A stretch of DNA of 64,000 nucleotides from Methanomassiliicoccaceae archaeon (GTDB lineage: Archaea; Thermoplasmatota; Thermoplasmata; Methanomassiliicoccales; Methanomassiliicoccaceae), in NCBI GenBank assembly GCA_040776945.1, contig JAXGZN010000002.1, forward strand, positions 800,001 to 864,000. The letters run 5' to 3'. A program made the translations under genes and the position numbers. Below, in pieces: positions 38,295-47,359 of this stretch; the stretch's first letter is position 1, and every line of letters begins with the position of its first letter. The notes under the pieces are model-generated. The model searched no databases. It saw nothing but the letters and a program-made list of their open reading frames with translations, and had not been told where the DNA came from.

Positions 38295-38397
38295 TGGGGC
38301 CGGGACCGAGATTTGAACTCGGGTGTACGGATATCCGCCAATGGCCTGCTGCCATGGTAGGCTGCAGTCCGCCACATGGCCGCTCTGTCATCCCGGC
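38295..38397 (-). tRNA. tRNA-Cys(GCA) with a 29-nt intron at 37/38; CCA encoded; discriminator reads C73
   Basis: Cloverleaf: acceptor GCCGGGA/TCCCGGC, anticodon arm GCGGA-CTGCAG^A-TCCGT, T arm CCGAG-TTCAAAT-CTCGG. TAATATAT box lies about 25 nt upstream. Confidence 0.93.
38333..38361 (-). other. Archaeal tRNA intron with bulge-helix-bulge motif
   Basis: CUGC (32-35) pairs with intron GCGG. The 3-nt bulges are AGC and ATA, with an internal ATGGC/GCCAT hairpin. Confidence 0.88.
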
Positions 38398-38612
38398 GTC
38401 TGGGGTAGAATTGGCTACCCATATATTAGAATATCGTACCCACGTTGAACTGGATAAGCGGGATGATTGGTTTCTTTTCCTCCTCGAGCTAAAACGAAAC
38501 CAGTCCCCCACTGGTCGATATGCTAGTGCTTGTTCAAATTACATAAATCTTGATAGAAACAAAAAGAAACGATTTCTGTTGATCGCCTTCTATAATCAAT
38601 GGACCCTAGGTT

Positions 38613-40243
38613 CTATTTCGAAAATTGTTCACATGACCTGCACACACTTTTTTTCTTCATGAATGCTCCCCTAGTTGTAGAGCAGATGGAACATGTCACC
38701 CTAGTGCAGACCGAACATATTGTTCTATGTTTCTCGCAAATAAGCCTGCCGCAGATCTGACATGGATTTGAACAGGTGTGGCAAATAAGTTGGTTGCAAA
38801 TATTGCATGCAACGGACAGGTGCTCATTACAGTATCTCTGGCCACAAGAAGAACATTGCACATTGTGATTGTCACATAACCACTTTCCGCACATGGAGCA
38901 CTGAACGATGTGCTTATCGCATAACGCATCTCCACAAACGTCACAGACAGCACTGGTGGTCTTTCTCTGGATCTTGACCAGACTCTTCAGTAAATGGTTT
39001 GGACAGACAGTAATGGTATCTTCAAGCATTGTTCCGCTTCCCGCTAGCATCCTTCGAGCATGAATTCTGCCAGATGAGCTGAAACCAAGTTCCCATAAAG
39101 GCACAAATATGGGTCTAGTGTCGTTTAGAACGATTTCGTCATTTCTAGGTACATAGACCTTAGAGGTCATATGGCCGTTCTTAGTAGTGTATCTGAATTC
39201 TTGCGTATTGTGTCTAGTGATCTCAAGTAGGGCTCGCCTTTTTGCTTCCTTCCTATCGATCATTGGAACGATTTTGACCAATTCATAATTGGCCCCGCCA
39301 CTAGAAAAATAGCTATTCGAGATCCCTAATGCTAACTCTCTTGATATTGCTACATCTTCCGCTAATTCTCCGGTGAATGCTTGTTTTATTTTTCCTAATC
39401 CGGATGATAAGCTTGCGTCGATTATCGCCCCATCCTCTCTTTGCAAGAATATTTCATCGGGATCTATACCATTTATGACACAGAAGCCAACGTCATTGAT
39501 CCTTTTTACAGAACCATCAGGCAATCTAAAGTCAGCTCTCAAACGATAGCTTATTCGATAATATGGCTTCCAGACCAGTCTTGCGCTTTCAATCATTACC
39601 TTTTCTGAGTTTCTAAGGTTAAGCTTGGTCGCTTCCTCAAAGCTCACTTGTTGGGGCACCGCGTGCATGAACCTTTCTTGATGGTTGGGAGAACGACCGC
39701 TTCTCAGTTCCAGTATGCGCATAGCCAGATCGTCCTTCTCCCAAATTGTTATGCCATTGGCTTCTGCTACTTCTTTTGCGTCATGTGTTATTCTTGAATA
39801 AACGACAAAAAGCCCGTTCTTTATGCCAGTCGCTTTCAATGCATTGCAGAAGTAGTACACCTTTTCCCTGCCAACAGCATTTAAGTAGTACTTGCACTCA
39901 ACCGCTTTCTGAAGTTGTGTACCATCTCTACTCTTTGTTGTAAGTATATCTATCTCCCAATACTGACCATCGGTTCCGAGGAGTCTAACGTTCCTTTGGG
40001 TCGAGTAGCCCTCAGAAGCAAGGATCTCTTCTATTAGCACTTCGAACTTGTTCCCTAGGTCCTTTCTAGAAAGAGAGGTGCTCAGGCGTTCCTCTGGATG
40101 TTGTTCCTTTTCCTCTTCGTTATTGAGCACGTATGAACTGTTGTATTTGCACTCCCCTGAAATTATTTGATTGCCACAGCCTGTGCAGAACTTTGCTGAT
40201 AGATCTGCAACGGATGGCCACATTGGGAGCAGAACCTAGCCAT
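38613..40243 (-). pseudogene. Zinc-ribbon + Mrr-like PD-(D/E)XK endonuclease + Cys/His-rich repeat protein; apparent 1-nt frameshift near codon 11
   Basis: G..FE, EIDI...VECK nuclease motifs and a C-terminal CxxC..C..H array. The N-terminal MARFCSQCGHP (ATG 40243) is out of frame with ..AKFCTGCG. Low GC. Could be an assembly error. Confidence 0.7.
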
Positions 40244-40592
40244 GGAGTGCCAGATTATGTGTGCCAGCTTATAATTGTTGCATGGGCATCAAGCTATTGC
40301 TTAAACCATCATGCTGGCGATAAGCGAGACATCAAAATTGAGGACGATATCTTAGACCATCCTAAAAAATGATCATTAGGTACTTTCCAACAGCGTGTTG
40401 TTCTGCAAGATGCCTTACCGCATCAGGATCAAAAAAAAGCATGGTCCATAGAACAGGCCTACCTATCTTGCGGATTCAATGCTTTGATTCGTTAGTAATA
40501 TAACGTTATAACATCGGATTCATTGTCTTTTTCCGCTCTTTTCACGAGACCTGCATAAATCGGTGCCGCTCCGTTATTTCAGCACCTAGGTA

Positions 40593-41582
40593 ATGACCAT
40601 GTCAGACCACTTGGACGCACATGATGGAAAATCGCCGAGAATGGACCCCCGACTGGATATCTGCGACCTATATGCTTTTCAGAGCCCGGGCGATCCCGGA
40701 AGGACCGTTCTGGTCCTTAACGTCAATCCCTTCGCCCCCACCGGCGCCGACGCCTTCCACCCGGACGCTATCTATGAGATCCTGGTGGTTTCAGACGGTA
40801 ACGCCGACAGCGACCTGGCGTTCCGCTTCACATTCTCCGAGAAAGAGGGCGGGAAGCAGCTGGCGACGCTGCGAATGGCCCGGGGCGGGGAGGCTCAGAG
40901 CGGGAAGCTGGAAGGAGACGTCCTGTTCAAGGACGTGCTGGTGGACCTCGAAGGGAACGTCCAAGTTTCCGAGCAGGATGGTTTCCGGCTCTACGTGGGG
41001 ATGCGCAGCGATCCCTTCTTCTTTGACCTCAAGGGCTACCTCAACGGGATGCAGTTCACCGGAGACGACTTCTTCCTGGACAAGAACGTCTTCAGCATGG
41101 TCCTGGAGCTGCCCAACAGCGAGATGGGGAGCGATCCTCGTGTGAACATCTGGGCCCGCGTCATGATGCCGAAGAACGGATCTTACATCCAGGTGGACCG
41201 CATGGGTCACCCCTTCATGAACGTCGGCTTCACCGCGCCCGAGGACAAGGACGCCTTCAACCAGAATGTTCCGGCACGAGACCGGGAGCTCTTCACCGAC
41301 AAGGTGGTCAAGCTGCTGGTGTCGAAGGGGCGGGACCCGGATAGCGCGAATAGGGAGGCCCTCAAGCTGCTGCCGGACGTGCTATCTTACGATCGCTCAC
41401 GCGCAGCGGGCTACCCCAACGGACGGACGCTCAGGGACGACATCATCGACCATCAGCTCGCCATCCTGACCAATGGCAAGGTGACCACGGACCGGGTGGG
41501 GCCGCACGATGACCTTGTGGACGATTTCCCCTACCTCGGCTCTCCGCGGCCAATCAAGCAGGAGATAAAGGAGCCGAGCTGA
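40593..41582 (+). CDS. DUF4331-like protein
   Basis: SDHLD, DI.DLYAF, G.R.DPFFFD, Q.DR.G.P, NGR.L.DD..D, FPYL. Confidence 0.8.
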   Translation: MTMSDHLDAHDGKSPRMDPRLDICDLYAFQSPGDPGRTVLVLNVNPFAPTGADAFHPDAIYEILVVSDGNADSDLAFRFTFSEKEGGKQLATLRMARGGEAQSGKLEGDVLFKDVLVDLEGNVQVSEQDGFRLYVGMRSDPFFFDLKGYLNGMQFTGDDFFLDKNVFSMVLELPNSEMGSDPRVNIWARVMMPKNGSYIQVDRMGHPFMNVGFTAPEDKDAFNQNVPARDRELFTDKVVKLLVSKGRDPDSANREALKLLPDVLSYDRSRAAGYPNGRTLRDDIIDHQLAILTNGKVTTDRVGPHDDLVDDFPYLGSPRPIKQEIKEPS

Positions 41583-41892
41583 GGAGCTCATTGATGCCTG
41601 CGTGACTGTGCGGGCAGGGTTGGCCGCGAAGAGCTCGGGGAGGACCGCATCTCACTGGCAGGGGACCATTTCGAGGGTTGGCCGGTGGTCGCTCCCATCC
41701 GGCCGACACGGGCCCAACGCATCTATCGCTTCATGGCTTGGAAGCACGTGCATGGCGACCGCGGCGGTCCGGACCGGTCCACGCTCGAGCGGTCTGCCGA
41801 TCGCTCATGTTGCACCCGTCAAGGCCTCGAGGCTAGGCCAAGGCCTCCGTTCCGGAGCAATGTTAAATATTCTGAACGGACTGCTCCCGCCG

Positions 41893-42732
41893 ATGCTGCC
41901 AGGACACTGCAAGGACGTGGCGGTCAAGGACGTCGAGTTCCCTCTCACCAAAGAGGACATCGCCCGAGAGATCGTTGGAAAGAAGGCGTATACGAGATGC
42001 GACCACTATGTCCTCAGGAACGGCGGGGCGCTCGCCGTCGTCCGCATATCCAAGGCCGAGGGCAAGGAGCTGTTCCGGCCGATCATCGAGCACGAGGTGA
42101 TCGCCCTGCCCGAAAGCACCGTCTTTATCCGGGACCTGTCGGTCGACGTGCTCAACGCGCCGGCGATGGCGGTGATGGCCCGAAGGTTTCCCGGCAAGAC
42201 GGTAGTGGTCGAGGGGCAGTTCAACCACATATCCTTCGTTCAGCCGGGGGGGATATTGGACCTTGAGGTTCTGGACGTTGTCCCTCCCTCGCCGTCCAAG
42301 CTGTCCGTCCTTGTATCCAGAGCACTGGAGTCCGGCATGGTCGATCTCCCCGTGATCCCGAGCTTCAAGGAGGTGGACCTCAACGAGCTCGTCACGCGGG
42401 TGAGCACCGAGGCCGTTCTGTTCCCCTGCGAATCCTCCGGGCTTAGAACGGAGAAGCCCATGTACTTCCTGGACCAAGTGCCGTCGATCGACAAGGAGAT
42501 CACCTTGATAGGATGCGACCTCTCCGCCCGCATCTACCGCTCGCTGTACCGTCAGGAAGTGCCTCGCATCGAGATGTGTCCCCAGGAACTAGCGCCCGCC
42601 GACGGGAGAAAGCGCCTGGTGAAGTGCTGCAAGGTTCGCAACGGATTCCAGATCAAGGACGGCCTGGCCATCGTGCCATGGGGGGCGACTGTCCAAGAGG
42701 TCGCAGATGCTATAACGGCTCTTTTCTCGTGA
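41893..42732 (+). CDS. Conserved hypothetical Cys-containing protein
   Basis: Host-like codon usage from ATG 41893 after a TTAAATA box. Cys motifs FPC, IGC, CP, KCC. Confidence 0.75.
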   Translation: MLPGHCKDVAVKDVEFPLTKEDIAREIVGKKAYTRCDHYVLRNGGALAVVRISKAEGKELFRPIIEHEVIALPESTVFIRDLSVDVLNAPAMAVMARRFPGKTVVVEGQFNHISFVQPGGILDLEVLDVVPPSPSKLSVLVSRALESGMVDLPVIPSFKEVDLNELVTRVSTEAVLFPCESSGLRTEKPMYFLDQVPSIDKEITLIGCDLSARIYRSLYRQEVPRIEMCPQELAPADGRKRLVKCCKVRNGFQIKDGLAIVPWGATVQEVADAITALFS

Positions 42733-43168
42733 CCGTCTTGGATAGGCCCCGGGCATGATTGATGGCCCGGAAGGCGTCCTCCTGGCGGCCGAGCTTCGAC
42801 AGCACCTCAGCGACCGCGTACCATGCATCTGCATCCTCTGGCTCATCTATGAGATGCTCCTCCAGAATGCCAAGGGCGGTCTTGAACCTTCCCCGCGCCA
42901 CCTGCTCCCTGGCGCGCTGGTGAACGGTCTTGGACCGCTCGATATGATCGGACATGGTCTCCTTGGCCTCTTTCACCACATCGTCCAGCGCGTATTGGCT
43001 GAGCCATGGATATCTGGCGCTCACGGTCTTCCGGAACGCTTCCTCCTCCTGTGGATCGGTCTCCGCAGTGCCGTCCTTGAACATCCTTCGGGGCACGTTG
43101 ATCTGGAGGTTGCCGTGGTACATCTTGATGAAGTTGGGGTTGTTCTGTGCTCGCGCGGCGCTCTTCAC
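42710..43168 (-). CDS. TPR-containing protein
   Basis: C-terminal P.DA.AWY..A..L..LGR..DA TPR pattern. Confidence 0.7.
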   Translation of the reverse strand: MKSAARAQNNPNFIKMYHGNLQINVPRRMFKDGTAETDPQEEEAFRKTVSARYPWLSQYALDDVVKEAKETMSDHIERSKTVHQRAREQVARGRFKTALGILEEHLIDEPEDADAWYAVAEVLSKLGRQEDAFRAINHARGLSKTVTRKEPL

Positions 43169-43247
43169 GCCACGTCGTTAAGCGGTCGCCGATAAAACAC
43201 TTTCCTTTCCATGACACGCCTGGAAACGGTCACGCCGAAAAGATATA

Positions 43248-43844
43248 ATGCCGCGCCGTGATTTCGATCCATCGATGACCGCGATCCGCGTGGCCGCTCC
43301 GCTTCTCGCCCTGTCGCTCGCTGCGACCATAGCCCTCGGAACCGCCGGTGCGGACTGGTCCGCGGAGGTCAACTTCACCGGGGACGTCCATGTCAACTTC
43401 AATGAACGCATTCACGTAACGGTGAGGAACACCGGTGCTGGGGACATGATCGTCCGCTCCATTGCCCTCACCATCAACTGGCCGGGAACGCCCACTTGGT
43501 ACGAGGTGTTCGCCGGTTCGGAGACGGTATCAGCCGGCGAGACCAAGGAGTTCGTGAGCGAGCAGCTCAGGATGCCTGACGAGGCGGAGGGCACCTATCC
43601 GAGCTTCGTCACCGTCGTGGCCGCCGGAGCGGATGGGCGAGATGTGCAAAAACAATTTCCCGCCACCATCGACGCCACCAGGTTCACCATCTCCGCCTTT
43701 GGCGTTCCAGAGGAGGTGTTCGTCCCATTCATGGTGACCGTCGTTCCGATGGCGGTGACGCTCCTGTTCTTTCGCCTGGAGCGTTCTGGGGAGTGGCCGT
43801 TCCTCCAGGCGGTCCCAAGGTTCGGTCAAAGGTCCCGGCGGTAG
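43248..43844 (+). CDS. Hypothetical surface protein (signal peptide, Ig-like beta domain, C-terminal TM)
   Basis: Hydrophobic N-terminus, VTVRNTG motif, C-terminal hydrophobic helix. Confidence 0.65.
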   Translation: MPRRDFDPSMTAIRVAAPLLALSLAATIALGTAGADWSAEVNFTGDVHVNFNERIHVTVRNTGAGDMIVRSIALTINWPGTPTWYEVFAGSETVSAGETKEFVSEQLRMPDEAEGTYPSFVTVVAAGADGRDVQKQFPATIDATRFTISAFGVPEEVFVPFMVTVVPMAVTLLFFRLERSGEWPFLQAVPRFGQRSRR

Positions 43845-44026
43845 TACGCATATGCGGTGTAGGTCGCGAAGAATATGAGCAGCATGAGGCTAAGGCCGGC
43901 GATCGGCCCGTTGCCGAGAGAGATGCCTATGACGAGGGTCGATAAGGATGCCGCGGTGAAAGCGATGAATGCCTTGAGCTCATGGGCCCTCCACCACCAT
44001 AGGCGGGAGGGCCGGTCGCCGGTCAT
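43826..44026 (-). CDS. Small two-TM membrane protein
   Basis: 66 aa with two hydrophobic helices; GGGAG before the ATG. Confidence 0.55.
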   Translation of the reverse strand: MTGDRPSRLWWWRAHELKAFIAFTAASLSTLVIGISLGNGPIAGLSLMLLIFFATYTAYAYYRRDL

Positions 44027-44042
44027 GCTCCCGTTATGAGGC

Positions 44043-44243
44043 TCAGTATTGAATAACTATGCTGCGGCAGTCCCGGCAGCGGAACCCTTCCATGAAGCAG
44101 AAGCCGAGCGCATCGGGCTTCGCCAGCCCCTCGAGGCCCATGCTCTTCGTGCTCCTCTCGGCCATCCATTTGACTCCGCCGATGAAGCTCTCTGAGCGAA
44201 CGAATCCGTGCTCCATCTCCTTGCCGCACTTGGGGCAGTTCAT
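44043..44243 (-). CDS. Small zinc-binding protein (M.CPKCG..M..G ... C..C type)
   Basis: MNCPKCGKEMEHG and FRCRDC motifs. Confidence 0.75.
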   Translation of the reverse strand: MNCPKCGKEMEHGFVRSESFIGGVKWMAERSTKSMGLEGLAKPDALGFCFMEGFRCRDCRSIVIQY

Positions 44244-44383
44244 CGGAATACTCCGAGCCCCGAACATAGTGGATGCATATACATATTTCTAACCAAAGAT
44301 AATATTCTGATTTTTTGGACCGTGAGTAAAAACATCGACGGTCATGGAATAATGTTATATTCCGCCCGCCGAATCGGCCCTCC

Positions 44384-45553
44384 ATGGACAATGTGGCGGT
44401 CAGTCCCTTCAACCCGGTGCTCAGGGGCACCAAGGTCATCGTCTATGATTCCACTCTGCGCGATGGGGAGCAGACCCCCGGGGTCGCGTTCTCGCCGGAG
44501 CAGAAAGCGACCATAGCCAGGATGCTGGACGACGCTGGTGTCCATCAGATCGAGGCCGGGTTCCCGGCGGTGTCGGAGAACGAGGTGCGGACCATCAAGG
44601 CCATCGCCGACCTCGGACTCAAGGCCGATATCCTGGGATTGTCCCGGGTGACCAAGGGGGACATCGACGCCGCCGTGGACGCGGGCGTGGACATGGTCCT
44701 GTTGTTCGTTGGGACCTCGGAGATCCATCTCAAGTACAAGATGAAGAAGAGCCGCGAGGAGGTCCTGGCCATGACCGCCGACGCGCTCGATTACTGCCGC
44801 TCCAGGGGGGTCCCGGCATCCGTAAGCGCGGAGGACACCACCCGGACGGACCTGGAGTTCCTCATGCGGTTCTACCGCGAGTCAGAGGCGAACGGCGCGG
44901 TCAGGGTCGGTGTGACCGACACCTTGGGATGCGCCACACCAGAGGCCATCGCCGATCTGGTGACGCGCGCCAGGGGCGAGGTCCGAGTGCCAGTGGCATT
45001 GCATCTCCACAACGATTTCGGCCTGGCGCTGGCGAACGCCATCGCCGGCGTCAAGGCAGGCGCGGCCGCCGTCACCACGACCGTCAACGGCATCGGGGAG
45101 CGTGCCGGTAACGTTCCGCTGGAACAGTTCGCCGTGGCCCTGAAGTACCTTTACAGCCTGGACATAGGCATCGACTGCACCAAGATGAAGGAGCTGTCCG
45201 ACCACATCTGTCGGGCCTCCGGGCTGCACAAGCCGAGGAACCAGCCGCTGGTGGGAACGAACGTCTTCGCCCACGAGTCCGGCATACATGTCGCGGCCAT
45301 CTTGAACTGCCCGATGACCTACGAGTCGATCCCGCCTGAGGCGGTCGGGAACGAAAGGCTGATCATCATGGGCAAGAAGACCGGGGTCAACTATGTCAAG
45401 CGCCGGCTGGAGGAGATGCGGGTGGAGGCCGATGACGAGCAAGCGGCGGAGATATGCAGGCGCATCAAGGAGCTTGGGGAGAAGAAGGGCAGGGTGAGCA
45501 ATGCCGAGTTCATCGACATCGTCGCCCAGGTGGTCCCTAGATCTTCACCTTGA
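44384..45553 (+). CDS. Homocitrate synthase / isopropylmalate synthase family (lacks the regulatory domain)
   Basis: DSTLRDGEQ, IEAGFP, HLHNDFGLA, GERAGN, AHESGIH. Confidence 0.9.
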   Translation: MDNVAVSPFNPVLRGTKVIVYDSTLRDGEQTPGVAFSPEQKATIARMLDDAGVHQIEAGFPAVSENEVRTIKAIADLGLKADILGLSRVTKGDIDAAVDAGVDMVLLFVGTSEIHLKYKMKKSREEVLAMTADALDYCRSRGVPASVSAEDTTRTDLEFLMRFYRESEANGAVRVGVTDTLGCATPEAIADLVTRARGEVRVPVALHLHNDFGLALANAIAGVKAGAAAVTTTVNGIGERAGNVPLEQFAVALKYLYSLDIGIDCTKMKELSDHICRASGLHKPRNQPLVGTNVFAHESGIHVAAILNCPMTYESIPPEAVGNERLIIMGKKTGVNYVKRRLEEMRVEADDEQAAEICRRIKELGEKKGRVSNAEFIDIVAQVVPRSSP

Positions 45554-46307
45554 GCCCGGCATCGTCCCTTTTGCACTTGCCGAACTCGGTCATCCTCGAT
45601 ATCTGTTCCCCGGTGAATATCGGGCCTTCGACGCAGACCCTGAGGCCGTCGATCACGCAGGAGCCGCAGAGGCCGGTGCCGCACTTCATGATGCGCTCCA
45701 GAGACAGCTGGCAGGGCACCTTGTTCTCGTTGCAGGCCTTCAGCAGGTACTTGTTCATGATCTCGGGGCCGCATCCCAGGACCATGTCGTACCGCTTCTC
45801 GCGCATCATAGCGTCCGCAAGGCTGACCACCGTGCCCTTGATGCCGTAGCTTCCGTCGTCGGTGGAAACCCTCACATCGTCCGATGCTTTCCTGGCCCGC
45901 TCCTCGAAGATTATCTCACCGGCATCGCGCGCACCGATGGCCACGTCCACCCTGCTGCGGTCGTTGACGGCTTCGACCGCGGTCATGATCGGGGACATGC
46001 CTACCCCTCCTCCGACCGCGAGGATGCGCCGGGGAGTAAGGTCCCAGCTGTTGCCATACGGACCCCTTAGCCCGACAAGGTCGCCCACGTTGAGGGCCGA
46101 CAGAGCCTTGGTGGCCTGCCCCACCTCCTTCACTGTGATGCTCGCCACTCCGCTGATGTGGGACAGGGCCATGGGAATCTCGTCCACCCCGGGTATCCAT
46201 ACCATGACTATCTGCCCCGCCTTAGCCTCCATCGGCCGGTCGAACAGCAGGGTGGTGATCCCCCTGCCGGAACGGATGCGCTCAGTGATCCTGGCCTCAA
46301 TGAACAT
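45537..46307 (-). CDS. pyrK: Dihydroorotate dehydrogenase electron transfer subunit
   Basis: RGPYG, GGG.G..P, TDDGS, CGPE and the MKCGTGLCGSC...C..GP 2Fe-2S motif. Confidence 0.93.
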   Translation of the reverse strand: MFIEARITERIRSGRGITTLLFDRPMEAKAGQIVMVWIPGVDEIPMALSHISGVASITVKEVGQATKALSALNVGDLVGLRGPYGNSWDLTPRRILAVGGGVGMSPIMTAVEAVNDRSRVDVAIGARDAGEIIFEERARKASDDVRVSTDDGSYGIKGTVVSLADAMMREKRYDMVLGCGPEIMNKYLLKACNENKVPCQLSLERIMKCGTGLCGSCVIDGLRVCVEGPIFTGEQISRMTEFGKCKRDDAGLKVKI

Positions 46308-47211
46308 GCGCCGCCCCCACGATCTCGCTGAGCCTGTTGAGCCCATTGGCGGCCATGTGCTCCGCTAACCCGTCGCAGATCTCCCTGAACACCTTGAGGC
46401 CTCTCCTGCCGACGGCGCTGCCGACCTGCACCGCGGTGGCGCCGGCCATCATGTACTCCAGGACGTCCCTCGAGCTCTCGATGCCTCCCACTCCCACGAT
46501 GGGCAGCTTGACGGCCTCGTGGAGCTCGTAGACGCAACGCAGGCCGATGGGCTTGATCGCCGGGCCGGAGAGACCCCCGGTCGTGTTATGCAGTATGGGC
46601 CTTCGAGCCTCCACCGATATTGCCATGGCCTTGACGGTGTTGATCGCCACGATGGCGTCCCCGCCGGCCGCCTCCACAGCCCGGGCGACGTCCAGCAGGC
46701 GGTGCGTGTTGGGCGTCAGCTTGGCCATTACCGGGACGCGCACCGCGTCCTTGACCGAGGAGACGATCGCGTGCACCGCGTCGGGATCGATGCCGACCTC
46801 CATTCCGTATCCTTTGGCATGCGGGCAGCTCAGGTTGAGCTCGATGGCCGCGGCGCCGTAGCTCTCCATCTTGATTGCGAGCGAGGCGAAGTCCTCAGGG
46901 ATGGCGGCGAATAGACTTCCGATGACCGGCACGCCGCTCTTTGTTGCGATCTCCATCTCCTCGGCGAAGGCCTCGATCCCCGGTCCAGGGAGGCCCATGG
47001 CGTTGATGTACCCGTCAGGCAGTTCCACCAGCGTGGGGTTCGGATATCCTTTACGGGGCTCGAGGCCGATGGACTTCGTGACCAGTCCCCCGGCCCCCGC
47101 CACCGCCACCCGGAGCAGGGAGTCCCCGGTCTCTCCCATGACGCCTGAGGCCAGCAGCGTAGGGTTGCGGAGCTTGATCCCCGCGAGGTCAACTTCGAGT
47201 GCGGTCATCAC
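46297..47211 (-). CDS. pyrD: Dihydroorotate dehydrogenase class 1B, catalytic subunit
   Basis: LASG, TKS, NAMGL, ELNLSCPH, KLTPN, INT, GGLSG.AIKP. Confidence 0.96.
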   Translation of the reverse strand: MMTALEVDLAGIKLRNPTLLASGVMGETGDSLLRVAVAGAGGLVTKSIGLEPRKGYPNPTLVELPDGYINAMGLPGPGIEAFAEEMEIATKSGVPVIGSLFAAIPEDFASLAIKMESYGAAAIELNLSCPHAKGYGMEVGIDPDAVHAIVSSVKDAVRVPVMAKLTPNTHRLLDVARAVEAAGGDAIVAINTVKAMAISVEARRPILHNTTGGLSGPAIKPIGLRCVYELHEAVKLPIVGVGGIESSRDVLEYMMAGATAVQVGSAVGRRGLKVFREICDGLAEHMAANGLNRLSEIVGAAHVH

Positions 47212-47359
47212 GTGCTCCGATGGAACATCGGAATGTAAAGCCTTCGCTGAGCAGATGTCAGCGGACCGACCTCTTTAAGAATGGGCGGGCGTGAGAAAGA
47301 GAAAGAAGTGATTTCAGGAAAAGGGAGAGGCTGAGAGGCCTCGCCATAGCATAGAGACT

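Noticed and set aside
38150-40560. Integrated element using tRNA-Cys as att site
   Set aside because: There is no integrase and no duplicated tRNA 3' end was seen. The low-GC islet lies on the 5' side of the tRNA.
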